A stretch of DNA of 63,989 nucleotides, counting the filler, from Acidimicrobiia bacterium (lineage in GTDB: Bacteria; Actinomycetota; Acidimicrobiia; Spongiisociales; CAZKJJ01), in assembly GCA_046759765.1 (NCBI GenBank). It is 16 parts of 16 records of this genome, joined end to end, with 100 filler letters (N's around TTAATTAATTAA, not from the genome) between each part and the next. Parts side by side here need not be neighbours in the genome. Positions count along the whole stretch, not along the records: positions 38,296 to 42,214 come from JBHICV010000197.1; positions 42,315 to 46,145 come from JBHICV010000199.1; positions 46,246 to 50,072 come from JBHICV010000200.1; positions 50,173 to 53,919 come from JBHICV010000202.1; 12 more parts are not named here. One strand, 5' to 3'. The stretch's first letter is position 1, and each line of letters opens with the position of its first letter. Positions 41,597 through 51,713 of this stretch are shown piece by piece. The position numbers were made by a program, and so were the translations under genes. The notes beneath the pieces were generated by a model. The model saw only the letters and a program-made list of their open reading frames with translations. It did not search any database and was not told the origin of the DNA.

Positions 41597-41856
41597 CTCC
41601 GCTGACAGGAGGGCGGAACTCAGCCGGGATGACGTGTGGTCGCAGTCCCAGGGATTCCAGGTCGCCCCCCTGACCTCAAGAGCCCCGTCACAGTACGGGC
41701 TCCTCGCTGTCTTTGGACCGCACAGAATGACGCTGAAGCGAGCGGGGCCAGGACAACGAGACACCACAACTCTCGCCATGCTGTTGCCACACTTTGAGGC
41801 GGCTGCCGATATGGGCGGGTGGTGGAGGGGACCTCGTCGGGGTCCTCGCGTTACGA

Positions 41857-42072
41857 CTAGTGGTCGGCGGTATCGGCCAACAGCCGGCGCATTTCGTGTA
41901 CTGCCTGACCAAAGGCGGTGTTCCAGCTCACGTAAGACCTCCCCACAGCTCGGAGGCCCGTGAGCCGATCCTGCAGAGCTATCCACTTGATGTTGCTGCC
42001 GCCCCACCAGAGCTCGAACCGACCCGTCTGCACCAGCTCATCGACCAACGGGACGTCATCGAACTCGAACAC
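41857..42072 (-). CDS. small hypothetical protein
   Basis: 71-aa ORF with globular composition. Confidence 0.35.
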   Translation of the reverse strand: MFEFDDVPLVDELVQTGRFELWWGGSNIKWIALQDRLTGLRAVGRSYVSWNTAFGQAVHEMRRLLADTADH

Positions 42073-42520
42073 CGCTGCGGAGCCTACATATGTAGGCCAA
42101 CCCCAAGATGGCCTCTCTCGATCCAGGCGCGTTCCTTAAGGGCTACTGGACACTTGGCGGCGGGCCCTGCCGCCGTTCCTGCGATCCTTACATCCCGCTC
42201 AGCCGCCTGCCGGTNNNNNNNNNNNNNNNNNNNNNNNNNNNNNNNNNNNNNNNNNNNNTTAATTAATTAANNNNNNNNNNNNNNNNNNNNNNNNNNNNNN
42301 NNNNNNNNNNNNNNCCACATTCCCGTACCCATCCACTACAAAAAGTGGTTATTCGCATGCTAGAATACGTTCCAAAGCGCCGTCAACTCGTTTGCCAAGG
42401 CGCGCTAAGACGGTTGGGTCCATTCAGGCATCCCTGAGTGGGCCGTGCCTGCCAAGAGCGGTGTCAGTACGCGCCGTGAACCGGTCCGGGTTCGCCCCTG
42501 TTTCTGGCCTGTTTCTGGGC

Positions 42521-42940
42521 TCAGCCGTCGCCGCTCTTGAGATCCGCGTGCTCGAGAATGTGGCACACACGTTTCTCGCCCGGCGGGTTGTCGGGAAGTT
42601 CCGGGGCAACTTGGTGCAGTCGGAGGAGTTCGGCGCGGAGCGTTACGAGTTGCGCAATCCGATCCTCGATGGCTGCGGCTTCCCGAGCGATCACCTCACG
42701 CACGTATGGGCAGGGGGCTTCTCCCTCCTCTCGCAGGGCGAGGATTTCCCTGATGTCGTCGAGGGGAAGATCGAGAGATCGTGCTTGCCTGACGAATCGG
42801 AGCCTCTCGATGTCGGATTCGTCGTAGTCCCGGTAGCCGGACGGGCGTCGGGCAGGTTCGGGCAGCAGACCCACCGACTCGTAGAACCGAATCGTGGGGG
42901 TATCGACCCCGACCGCTCTGGCGAGTTGGCCGATCCTCAC
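42521..42940 (-). CDS. MerR-family heavy-metal-responsive regulator
   Basis: MRIGQLA..TIRFYE..GLLP.P.R..SGYRDY; Cys in EAPCP and RVCHILE. Confidence 0.92.
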   Translation of the reverse strand: MRIGQLARAVGVDTPTIRFYESVGLLPEPARRPSGYRDYDESDIERLRFVRQARSLDLPLDDIREILALREEGEAPCPYVREVIAREAAAIEDRIAQLVTLRAELLRLHQVAPELPDNPPGEKRVCHILEHADLKSGDG

Positions 42941-43149
42941 GATCCCACTACCCGGTATCCGACGTCTTCCACGGCGCGGCGGATCTCGTCCACGGTGATG
43001 AGGGCCGGGTCGTAGTCGACCTCGACGGTCTTCGCCTCGTGGTCGTGGACGCGGCCCACGCCCTCGAGCGAGGCGAGGGCGAACTGGATTTTGTTCTCAC
43101 AACCCGTGCAGGTCATGCCCTCCACGGGCAGGGTGGTTGGGGCGATCAT
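42937..43149 (-). CDS. HMA-domain metal chaperone (CopZ-like)
   Basis: VEGMTCTGC..GY. Confidence 0.88.
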   Translation of the reverse strand: MIAPTTLPVEGMTCTGCENKIQFALASLEGVGRVHDHEAKTVEVDYDPALITVDEIRRAVEDVGYRVVGS

Positions 43150-43260
43150 GTTGTGATTTCCTTTCTCGTATCGGCGTTGAGCTCTTGGCGCCGAGATACC
43201 CCACAACGGGTGACCCTTCGGGTGGGCGGGACGGTCATTGACGACCCAAGCCGCATCAGA

Positions 43261-43587
43261 TCAGCCGAGTGCCTTGTCGAGCGAGCGTTTCAGGTCGCTC
43301 TTGGGCCGAAGGCCCATGATCGCGTCCACCTGCTCGCCGTCTTTGAACACGAGCAGGGCAGGAAGGCCCATGATGCCGTAGCGGGCGGGGGTATCGAAGT
43401 TCTCCTCGGTGTCTAGCTTCACGAACTTGATCCTGCCGTCGTACTCCTCGGCCAGCTCCGCGATGATCGGGTCGAGCTGGTGGCATGGGCCGCACCATTC
43501 GGCCCAGAGGTCCACCAGGACCGGGGTATCGGCCTCCAGCACTTCCTGATCGAACTCGCTATCAGTCACCGCGAGCGGCTTTGCCAT
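43261..43587 (-). CDS. trxA: thioredoxin
   Basis: WAEWCGPC active site, 108 aa. Confidence 0.9.
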   Translation of the reverse strand: MAKPLAVTDSEFDQEVLEADTPVLVDLWAEWCGPCHQLDPIIAELAEEYDGRIKFVKLDTEENFDTPARYGIMGLPALLVFKDGEQVDAIMGLRPKSDLKRSLDKALG

Positions 43588-43624
43588 CTGGCACCTCTCT
43601 TCTCCTTCGTTTCCTTCTCCGGCT

Positions 43625-44557
43625 TCACAGGGTCACCCAGCGGTACAGGAGCACGCCGCCGAAGAGGACGACCAAATAGGAGCCGGTCGCCGTCAAGAAG
43701 CCGTTCGTGATCCAGCTCGTTCGCTCCCGGAACCTGGTCATGCCATGGGATACCCGGCGCCGCTCCATCCCGGCGACGATGAGACCGCCTAGGCCCACCG
43801 CCGGCAGGACCCGGCCGAGGCCGTATGCGCCGAGCACGATGGCGCCGTAGGCGGGGTTGGCCGACGCCGCCACCCAGCCGAGCAGTACGTAGTAGGTGGG
43901 CATCGGGCAGCCCATGCCCATCCCGGCTCCCATGGTGCCCCCCAAGACCAGCGCCCGCCGGTAGGGCCTATCCTCGCCGGGCATGTCCGGGCCACGAAGT
44001 CGTTGCGTCAGGCTGGGAAGCCGGAAGAGGCCAAGCTCGCTGAGGGCGTAGACGAGGGCGACGATCCCCAGGAGGGAGTAAAGGACGACGGCGAAGCCCA
44101 TCCTCGCTTTCATCGAGTCGAGGAGCCCGAGGATGGCATCGCCACCAAAGGCCAGGCCGACCCCGAGCGCGGCGAGCGGCAGGGCGCTGGCCGCCACGAA
44201 GAGGACGCTCAGCGTCGTCCGGTCCCGCAACCGCTCCCGCGAGCTGAGGATCGAGGGCATGGCGAAGACGCTGGGATAGCCGCAGGGGAGAACGATCATG
44301 CTGGCACCGATCAGGAACGCCGCGCCGATCGCCACCGCGGTATCGGGGCCTCCCGCCGAGACAGCCGACTCCTGGAGGCCACCGAAGATGTTGCTGCTCC
44401 CGTCCAATATCCCGGCCTGCCAGCTGATAATCGCAAGCACCGCCCCCACAGCGACCGCAAACAGGAACTGTCCCTTCTTGCTCGCGCGGGCCCACAAGGC
44501 GCCGGGCCGCACCCTTGAGTCCTGATCAAGTTCGGGGCTTGTCTCGATCTGTTTCAC
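43625..44557 (-). CDS. CcdA/DsbD-like transmembrane thiol-redox protein
   Basis: ~7 TM with two membrane Cys in LPCGYP and GCPMP; AYGLG motif. Confidence 0.65.
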   Translation of the reverse strand: MKQIETSPELDQDSRVRPGALWARASKKGQFLFAVAVGAVLAIISWQAGILDGSSNIFGGLQESAVSAGGPDTAVAIGAAFLIGASMIVLPCGYPSVFAMPSILSSRERLRDRTTLSVLFVAASALPLAALGVGLAFGGDAILGLLDSMKARMGFAVVLYSLLGIVALVYALSELGLFRLPSLTQRLRGPDMPGEDRPYRRALVLGGTMGAGMGMGCPMPTYYVLLGWVAASANPAYGAIVLGAYGLGRVLPAVGLGGLIVAGMERRRVSHGMTRFRERTSWITNGFLTATGSYLVVLFGGVLLYRWVTL

Positions 44558-44583
44558 TTTGAAACACCTTGCTCCTTCGTGGG

Positions 44584-44796
44584 CTAGTCGTCGGGGCTGA
44601 AGCCGACCTGATCGAGTGCCTCCCGGATCTCCTCCAGGCTGATGGTCGAGTCGTCGAACTCAAGCTGCACTTGCTTCGACTCCGGATCGGTCTCGGTGAC
44701 CTCGACGCCCGGGAGGGCCTCCAAGCTCCGTGTCACGGTCTTGGCGCAGCCGCCGCAGTGCAGGGCGGGAATCCTCAGGGTTGCCTCTTGTGTCAT
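44584..44796 (-). CDS. HMA-domain metal chaperone
   Basis: IPALHCGGC..VGF. Confidence 0.85.
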   Translation of the reverse strand: MTQEATLRIPALHCGGCAKTVTRSLEALPGVEVTETDPESKQVQLEFDDSTISLEEIREALDQVGFSPDD

Positions 44797-44885
44797 CGCG
44801 TTCTCCCTTGGTGTTGAGTGGCCTTTCGTGGTATCTCGACCCTTTGTGCCTTGCTGTCCTTGGGTCGATGCCACTTCCTACGAAG

Positions 44886-44916
44886 ATCCTAGACCTTCAA
44901 CTCACTTGAATGTCAA
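44886..44916 (-). promoter_or_regulatory. MerR-type promoter/operator
   Basis: TTGACA-N19-TAGGAT with dyad ACATTCAA-GTGAG-TTGAAGGT. Confidence 0.85.
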
Positions 44917-45239
44917 GCGGTTCTTCTTTATTCCCGAATCTTGTCCCGATTCGGAGCAACCTGCCCTTGGGTCTCCGCTCTAAGTCGCTGCCGCGAATGT
45001 TGGCGGATTCGACAGATGGGCCGGCATCGAGGGGCCGATTACGGAAGTCGGCCACGGTCACGTCAGTGGACGTGACCCTTTTGGGTGACAGGCCCTCTAT
45101 ACGATCTCGCCGTCATCGGCGTGGAGCGACCGATCTCGAGTCGCGCCGAGGGGGGCAAGGTGGGCGGCGCAGTCCGGACGGAGGGAGTGGTCCGTTCCAG
45201 TGCTGGGGGGCTTCGCACCGGCTATCCGCCGGCCGCCTG

Positions 45240-45767
45240 CTACGTTGTCTCGACCTCCACGGTTGTGGGGACCGCCCGGCGAACCGCATCTGATACCGGG
45301 GAGTGATGGTCCGCCCACTCGACGATTTCTCGCAGCCGCTCGGCCGAGACGCCCTCGGCAGCCACCCGGACGCGGATACGGGAGCTAAGAGGTCCGGCAG
45401 GCACTGAGTCGTCCATGCCCAACAGGCCTCGGTCGTCTGATTCGCTGTCGACAGTCACCTCCAGGTGCTCGAGTGTGATGCCTTCCTGAGCGGCCCGCAT
45501 CGCGATCACCGTGGCGTCGCAGCTCGCTATGGCCGCTCGCAGCAGCCAGCCAGGTGAGGGCGCCGCGCCGGTTCCGCCAACACCCTCTGGCATGTCGGAG
45601 ACGACTACTGCGCCGTCCGGCCCTTCAACCCGGGACCTCAGCCCCTCCACCACCGCGGTGGCGGGACTGTCCGTGTAGCGCGCCTGGTCGGGATGCTCCG
45701 ACAAGTACTCGATGGCCTCCTCGATGGAATCTGCGATGTGATCGGTGGACACGGCGACCTCCCTCAC
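45240..45767 (-). CDS. OsmC-like protein
   Basis: SDMPEGVGG.G.APSPG.LL.AA.ASC; HSPV at the second Cys position. Confidence 0.85.
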   Translation of the reverse strand: MREVAVSTDHIADSIEEAIEYLSEHPDQARYTDSPATAVVEGLRSRVEGPDGAVVVSDMPEGVGGTGAAPSPGWLLRAAIASCDATVIAMRAAQEGITLEHLEVTVDSESDDRGLLGMDDSVPAGPLSSRIRVRVAAEGVSAERLREIVEWADHHSPVSDAVRRAVPTTVEVETT

Positions 45768-46245
45768 GCTCCTCGCCTGTACGACGATCCCTCTGTTGGC
45801 AGTCTGAGATTGCGTTCCACGGACTCTGCGAACCGAACGTACCCATCAGGCGGTGGGCATGCACGCCCGCGGTCCGGTACCGGGTTGGCTCAGAAGTCTG
45901 AAGACTGGAAGGCCGATCGGATTCAGCGCGGTGATTCTTCCGAATCGGGTGCGCCTGGCGTCTCCAGGTGGCGAACGATCTCGTCGAATTTCCGGTCGTA
46001 CCGCTCCTGGGCCGTCTCGTGCAACGTGTCATGCAACCAGGCCCAGCACAGGGCCCCGACGATGATCAGGCCTGCAAAGGCGACCGTAGCACCGAGGGTC
46101 AGGACCAACACCTGGCTCTCCGTTTACGACGATGAAGTCCTAGTCNNNNNNNNNNNNNNNNNNNNNNNNNNNNNNNNNNNNNNNNNNNNTTAATTAATTA
46201 ANNNNNNNNNNNNNNNNNNNNNNNNNNNNNNNNNNNNNNNNNNNN

Positions 46246-46498
46246 AGAGGTGGGTCCTGCCGGCTAGGGCGATCACGCCGGCATCGCCTAACTCAGCCGA
46301 GAAGAGCGTTCCGGCATGACCCTCGACGGTAGGGGTAGTAAAGCCTGGGAGCTCTGTATAAGGAATGGCCTTGGCTCGCGGCAGGGACTCGGCGTATGAG
46401 CTCAGACCGGAGCCGAGGACCAGCACGAAGTCGTGAGTCTCCCGCCCAGCCAGAGCTCGTATCTCGGAAGCCGCCCGCTCCAGGTCCTCGTAGCTCAT
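46246..46498 (-). CDS. punA: purine nucleoside phosphorylase (3' truncated)
   Basis: LVLGSGL, PY.ELPGF...TVEGHAG, GR.H. Confidence 0.85.
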
Positions 46499-47802
46499 GC
46501 ACCTACCTCCCCCAGGACCAGTGGGCGAGGGGAGGCGGGGAGGGTGCCGATGCTCCAAGCCTCCTCGAGGCCCGGCATTGCCGCGTCGAGTTGCTCGTCA
46601 TCGTCGTAGGAGATCCTTGCCAAGGGTTCGCCTTCCTCCACTCGGTCTCCTTCCTTGGCGAGGACCGTTATTCCTACGCCGGGATCGATGGTGTCGCCCT
46701 TGCGCAGCCGACCGGCGCCGAGGCGGACCGCGGCCATGCCCAGAGCCAGCGCGTCGCATTGATGAATGAATCCGGCCCGCGGAGCGACCGGGGACCAGGA
46801 GCGGCTCGCGCGGGGCAGGAGGCTTCGATCTTCGATCACGTTCGGATCCCCGCCCTGGGCTTCGATGACCTTCCCGAATAGCTCCAGGGCCTCCCCACTG
46901 TGGACTGCCTTCGCCAACCGGTCCCGGGCGGCGTCGCGATCGGGAGACGCCCCGCCCAGGACGAGCATCTCTGAACCCAGTAGATAGATGAGCTCCTTGA
47001 GGTCTTCCGGCCCGCCGCCGGCGAGGATGTCCAGCGCTTCCGCGATCTCGTTGGCGTTACCGACCTCCCGGCCCAGCGGCTGGTCCATCGACGTCAGGAA
47101 CGCGACGGTCCGCACGCCGTGGCTTGACCCTATCTTGGTCATCGTGCCGGCCAGCTCTTGTGCCAGCTCTGGCTCCCGCATGAAGGCACCGCGTCCGACC
47201 TTCACATCCAAGACCAATCCATCCAGGTCTTCGGCGAGCTTCTTGGCCATGATCGAGGAAGCAATGAGAGGTATCGAGGCGACGGTGCCACTCGCATCTC
47301 GGAGCGCGTAGATCTTCCGGTCGGCAGGAACAAGCGTGTCAGACGGGCCCGCCAGGACGAGTCCATGGGCATCGAGAATGTCCGAAAACGTAGCGGGATC
47401 GAGCTCAGTCGTGAATCCCAGAATCGACTCGAGTTTGTCGAGCGTCCCGCCCGTGTGGCCGAGCCCCCGCCCACTCATCTTCGGCACGGCGACCCCACAG
47501 GCGGCCACCATCGGCCCCAGTAGGATGCTGACTGTGTCTCCTACGCCACCCGTCGAGTGCTTGCCGATCTTGGGCGCCGCGATCTCCGAAAGGTCCAGCA
47601 CATCTCCGGAGTGCAGCATCGCCTCGGTCCACGTGGCCAGCTCTTCGACGGTCAAGCCCTGGAAGAACACTGCCATCAGGAGAGCCGACATCTGATAGTC
47701 GGTCACCGATCCACCGGTATAGGCGGAGATAACCCACCGGATCTCACCGGGCCTGAGCACACGGCCGTCCCGTTTGCGCTCGATGATCTCCTTGGCGTTC
47801 AT
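46495..47802 (-). CDS. pdp: pyrimidine-nucleoside/thymidine phosphorylase
   Basis: KHSTGGVGD, MSGRGLGHTGGTLDKLE, LDVKVG.GAFM. Confidence 0.93.
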   Translation of the reverse strand: MNAKEIIERKRDGRVLRPGEIRWVISAYTGGSVTDYQMSALLMAVFFQGLTVEELATWTEAMLHSGDVLDLSEIAAPKIGKHSTGGVGDTVSILLGPMVAACGVAVPKMSGRGLGHTGGTLDKLESILGFTTELDPATFSDILDAHGLVLAGPSDTLVPADRKIYALRDASGTVASIPLIASSIMAKKLAEDLDGLVLDVKVGRGAFMREPELAQELAGTMTKIGSSHGVRTVAFLTSMDQPLGREVGNANEIAEALDILAGGGPEDLKELIYLLGSEMLVLGGASPDRDAARDRLAKAVHSGEALELFGKVIEAQGGDPNVIEDRSLLPRASRSWSPVAPRAGFIHQCDALALGMAAVRLGAGRLRKGDTIDPGVGITVLAKEGDRVEEGEPLARISYDDDEQLDAAMPGLEEAWSIGTLPASPRPLVLGEVGA

Positions 47803-48968
47803 GCGATGGTCCCGAGGAAGGAGCTGCTGCGGCTCGGGGTTGGCAGCCCCAGCCCTTCCGAGATGGTCGCGGCGATGTCACAGAACTGGGAGCGCGTGCC
47901 CAGATCGACACCGGTGGCCCTCAAGCCTGACACGAGCAGGGGAACATACTCCCGCGTGTGGTCGGTGCTGCCGTCGGTGGGGTCGTTGCCGTGATCCGCA
48001 GTAAGGAGCAGGAGATCCCGGGGACCGAGCGCGGCGAGGAGGTCCCCTAGGTGGTCGTCGATGAGCCTGAGGCCCTCTGCGAAGCCCTGCGGATCCTCCC
48101 GGTGTCCGTAGGACATGTCGAGATCGACGAGGTTCACAAAGACCAGGCCAGCGTCGATCGACTCGATGGCCTTACGCGTCTGTCTCAAACCGTCTGCGTC
48201 TCCCTCGGTGTGCACGACCTCAGTCACGCCTCGTCCCGCGAAGAGGTCCTCGATCTTCCCTATGCCCCATACTTCGAACCCTGCCCGCTCGGCGTGGTCG
48301 AGGAGCGTCGGTCCGTGCGGGGGCATGACGAAATCGCGCCTTTCGTAGGTCCGCTGGAAGGAACCGGGACTTCCTTCGAAGGGCCGGGCGATAACACGTC
48401 CGATTCTGTAGCGGTCTGCGTGGCTGCGCGCGATCTCGCACACTCGGTACAGCTCCTCCAGCGGCACGACCTCCTTGTGAGCGGCGAGCTGAAAAACCGA
48501 ATCAGCGGAGGTGTAGAGGATGATCGAGCCCGTCCTGAGATGCTCGGGGCCGAGTTCCTCGATTATCCCGGTGCCGGAGGCCGGGTAGTTACCGATGAAC
48601 GAGTGTCCGGCCTCACTTGAGACTGCTGCTAGCAGCTCGGCGGGAAATCCCTCGGGAAAGGTGGCGAACGGCTCGGGCGTCACCAGACCTGCGATCTCCC
48701 AGTGGCCGGTGGTCGAGTCCTTTCCCGCCGAGGCCTCTCGCATGCGGCCATAGGCCATTTGGGGCTTCGATGCCGGTGGAACCCCCTTGAGGCCCGGACG
48801 GAGGTTCCCAAGCCCTGCGGCCTGGAGTTTGGGGAGGTCGAGCCCTTCCACGGCCTCCGCGGTGTGGCCCAGCGTGTCGGCACCTTCATCGCCGTAAGCG
48901 GCAGCGTCGGGGGCGGCTCCGACCCCGCAGGCGTCCATCACCACAACAACAGCTCGCTGCAAGATCAC
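47799..48968 (-). CDS. deoB: phosphopentomutase
   Basis: MDACGVG, GKDSTTGHWE, YTSADSVFQ, TADHGNDPT..TDHTRE. Confidence 0.96.
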   Translation of the reverse strand: MILQRAVVVVMDACGVGAAPDAAAYGDEGADTLGHTAEAVEGLDLPKLQAAGLGNLRPGLKGVPPASKPQMAYGRMREASAGKDSTTGHWEIAGLVTPEPFATFPEGFPAELLAAVSSEAGHSFIGNYPASGTGIIEELGPEHLRTGSIILYTSADSVFQLAAHKEVVPLEELYRVCEIARSHADRYRIGRVIARPFEGSPGSFQRTYERRDFVMPPHGPTLLDHAERAGFEVWGIGKIEDLFAGRGVTEVVHTEGDADGLRQTRKAIESIDAGLVFVNLVDLDMSYGHREDPQGFAEGLRLIDDHLGDLLAALGPRDLLLLTADHGNDPTDGSTDHTREYVPLLVSGLRATGVDLGTRSQFCDIAATISEGLGLPTPSRSSSFLGTIA

Positions 48969-49024
48969 GGCAAGTCACACTAGAGGCAGTAGGCCGGCTG
49001 GCTATGTTCCCGGAGCTGATCGCC

Positions 49025-49354
49025 CTATTTGGACGGCAGGCTCTCGGCGAAGGCGACGCCCTGGTCGATCCAGGCGTACAGGTCAGCGTCGTCGGCGAAG
49101 CCCTCCGGCGCGACCGACACCCATCCGCGCATCGGGCTTCGAGACTTGTCGAATGTGCGAGCGCCTGGCCGGGCGACCGCCTCGTCATGGGCATCCTTGC
49201 CGACCCGAACCATCAACTCGTCTTCGCTGACACCGACCGCCATGTTGCCGTTGACCATGAAGGCGATCCCGCCAAACATCTGTCTCTCGGTCATGGCGGG
49301 ATGGTCACTGAGCCTGCCTCGGATCTCGTCCGCGAGAGCTTCGCTGTACGCCAT
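49025..49354 (-). CDS. TfoX/Sxy N-terminal domain protein
   Basis: MFGGIAFMVNGNM, MRGWV. Confidence 0.85.
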   Translation of the reverse strand: MAYSEALADEIRGRLSDHPAMTERQMFGGIAFMVNGNMAVGVSEDELMVRVGKDAHDEAVARPGARTFDKSRSPMRGWVSVAPEGFADDADLYAWIDQGVAFAESLPSK

Positions 49355-49371
49355 CTGCTGAGACTAGAGCC

Positions 49372-49638
49372 TCACTTGCCGAGGACGACCCGACCGGCGC
49401 GGACCTCGACCCCCTCACTGCTCAGCCTCTGCGCCTGGACGGTCTCGTGTCCGGGAACCAGACGGCCGCTAGCCGTTACGACCCGCCACCAGGGGAGGCC
49501 TTCGGAAGTACGAAGGAGGTTGCCGACGGCTCGGGCCGCACCCGGATGCCCCGCTTCGGAAGCCACCTCGCCGTATGTCACGACCTCACCAGGCGCCAGG
49601 CTGCGAAGCACGCGCAGAACGTCGTCCTCGAAGGACAT
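49372..49638 (-). CDS. alkyltransferase-like (ATL) DNA-binding protein
   Basis: TYGEVA, ARAVG, PWWRVV (Trp in place of the MGMT acceptor Cys). Confidence 0.85.
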   Translation of the reverse strand: MSFEDDVLRVLRSLAPGEVVTYGEVASEAGHPGAARAVGNLLRTSEGLPWWRVVTASGRLVPGHETVQAQRLSSEGVEVRAGRVVLGK

Positions 49639-50072
49639 CAGAGTGTTCCGAAGAGCCGGTCTCCCATGTCGCCCAGTCCTGGACGGATGTAGAAGTTCTC
49701 GTTGAGGTCCCGATCCAGCGAAGCCGTCACGATCTGTACGTCTGGATGATCGCTCTCCATCCTCTCGGCGCCCTCCGGCGCCGTCACGATGCACAGCGCG
49801 GTGATGTCTTGGGCGCCGTGGTCTTTGACCACCTGAGTCGCCCACGAAAGTGATCCTCCCGTTGCCAGCATCGGCTCGAGGACGAGTACCCGCGCCCGGT
49901 CCACTGAGGGGAGCTTCGTGTAATACGCCTGCGGGGAGGCGGTTTCTTCATCTCGCTGGACGCCGGCATAGCCCACGTGGACGTGCGGCAGCAGGTCGAG
50001 CACCGCGTCGAGCATGCCCAAACCAGCCCTCAATACCGCCACCGCCACCAACTCCCGGTCGAGGAGGTAACC
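49638..50072 (-). CDS. upp: uracil phosphoribosyltransferase (5' truncated)
   Basis: VLRAGLGM, PMLATGGS, YI.PGLGD.GDRLFGT. Confidence 0.95.
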   Translation of the reverse strand, partial: GYLLDRELVAVAVLRAGLGMLDAVLDLLPHVHVGYAGVQRDEETASPQAYYTKLPSVDRARVLVLEPMLATGGSLSWATQVVKDHGAQDITALCIVTAPEGAERMESDHPDVQIVTASLDRDLNENFYIRPGLGDMGDRLFGTL

Positions 50073-50172
50073 NNNNNNNNNNNNNNNNNNNNNNNNNNNN
50101 NNNNNNNNNNNNNNNNTTAATTAATTAANNNNNNNNNNNNNNNNNNNNNNNNNNNNNNNNNNNNNNNNNNNN

Positions 50173-50508
50173 GGCGAGGGCGACTACGTGCGAGGCGAGG
50201 AGCACCTCGTACTTGGCCTCGAGGAGTACCAGGATCTCCGCAATCCATATGGTGTTGCCAACGGCCTGCGACGGATGGGCTGGCTCGCGGCTGCGGAGGG
50301 TGACCACGAGCGAGCCGCCCGCTTGCTCGGCGCAGCCGAGGCGCTTAGCGACGAGCTTGGTCATATATCCGCACACGACACCGACCGAATGAGTGAGGTC
50401 ACCACCTCACTTCGGGCGGCGGATGCCGCCGACCAGATCGACGAGTGGTGGCATGAGGGAGCGGCCATGAGCCGCGACGAAGCCATCGCCTACGCGCTCG
50501 GCCATTGA
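50173..50508 (+). CDS. C-terminal TPR-like region of an ATPase/regulator (5' truncated)
   Basis: ERAARLLGAAEAL..EGAAMSRDEAIAYAL typical of STAND/adenylate-cyclase regulators. Confidence 0.65.
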   Translation, partial: GEGDYVRGEEHLVLGLEEYQDLRNPYGVANGLRRMGWLAAAEGDHERAARLLGAAEALSDELGHISAHDTDRMSEVTTSLRAADAADQIDEWWHEGAAMSRDEAIAYALGH

Positions 50509-50541
50509 TCGCGGCCAATGCCCGAGACATAACATGAGCCA

Positions 50542-51705
50542 GTGACGAGTCCGGCTCCTATCGATGCGATGGCCCTGTCCGAGGTCGTCAAACCCTTCGG
50601 GGAGAGCCGCACTCTCCCTGCCACGGCGTATACATCGACGGCGGTCTTCGATTGGGATCTCGAGCACTTCTTCGATGAGGCCTGGGTCTGTGTAGGCCGG
50701 GAGGAGGAGCTGGCGGCAGGATCCGTTACCGAGCGTCGAGCTGGCAAAGAATCGATTCTCTTGAGCAGTCCCGGTGATGGGCAGCTAGCCGCCCACTTCA
50801 ACGTCTGTCGTCACCGCGGCCACGAGCTGCTATCCGGCGGCGAGAGAGCCCTGAGCCTCTCCTGCCCTTACCACGGATGGTCCTACCGCTTGGACGGCAC
50901 CCTGCGCTCGGCGCCACGTTTCGGTGACACCATCGAAGCTTCCGACTTTGAGCTCATTCCTGTTCGGCTGGAGGTCTGGGAGGGTTGGGTCTTCGTAAAC
51001 GTCGCCGGCGACGCGCCTGAATTGGCGAACTACCTGGGGAACCTGGCCGACCTGGTGGGTCCCTATCGCCCGGCAGAACTAAGGATCGGAGCCCGGCTCG
51101 CCTATGAGCCGGCCGCGAACTGGAAGCTGTTGTGCGAGAACTACCACGAGTGCTACCACTGCTCAGTCATCCACCCCGAACTGTGCGAAGTGACTCCGCC
51201 CGACAGCGGAACAAACCTGTCGCCGACCGGCGCTTGGATCGGCGGGACCATGGATCTGCGGCCAGGCGTGGACACGATGTCCTTCGACGGGTCGAGCCCG
51301 CTCGAGCCACTCCCCGGCCTGGACCCCTTTCGAAAGCGCACGGTGGGTTACTTTGGCGGGTTCCCGAATCTCTTCCTCTCGCTTCATCCCGACTACGTGA
51401 TGACGCACAGGCTCGAGCCGCTTGCTCCCGGCGCGACTCGGATCGTGTGCGAGTTCTTGTTTCCGGCCGAACAGGTGGCGGACTCTGGCTTCGACGTTGG
51501 CTTCGCAACCGAGTTCTGGGACCTGGTCAACCGGCAGGACTGGGCCGCGTGTGAGGCAGTCCAGCGAGGCGCGGCGTCCAAAGGCCACCGGGCTGGACCC
51601 CTGGCGCCGAACGAGGACGCCGTCTACCAGTTCCTGGCCCTAGTCGGCAGAAGCTACGCGGCGGGCCGGCTCGTGCTACCGCCTCCTCCGGCTCAGCACA
51701 GATAG
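50542..51705 (+). CDS. Rieske non-heme iron oxygenase alpha subunit (GbcA/choline monooxygenase-like)
   Basis: NVCRHRG..CPYHGW, ENYHECYHC...HP, NRQDW..CE.VQ. Confidence 0.9.
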   Translation: MTSPAPIDAMALSEVVKPFGESRTLPATAYTSTAVFDWDLEHFFDEAWVCVGREEELAAGSVTERRAGKESILLSSPGDGQLAAHFNVCRHRGHELLSGGERALSLSCPYHGWSYRLDGTLRSAPRFGDTIEASDFELIPVRLEVWEGWVFVNVAGDAPELANYLGNLADLVGPYRPAELRIGARLAYEPAANWKLLCENYHECYHCSVIHPELCEVTPPDSGTNLSPTGAWIGGTMDLRPGVDTMSFDGSSPLEPLPGLDPFRKRTVGYFGGFPNLFLSLHPDYVMTHRLEPLAPGATRIVCEFLFPAEQVADSGFDVGFATEFWDLVNRQDWAACEAVQRGAASKGHRAGPLAPNEDAVYQFLALVGRSYAAGRLVLPPPPAQHR

Positions 51706-51713
51706 TTGAAGCG

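Noticed and set aside
49372..49638. Active O6-methylguanine methyltransferase
   Set aside because: PWWRV lacks the acceptor Cys; it is the known ATL subfamily, not novel.
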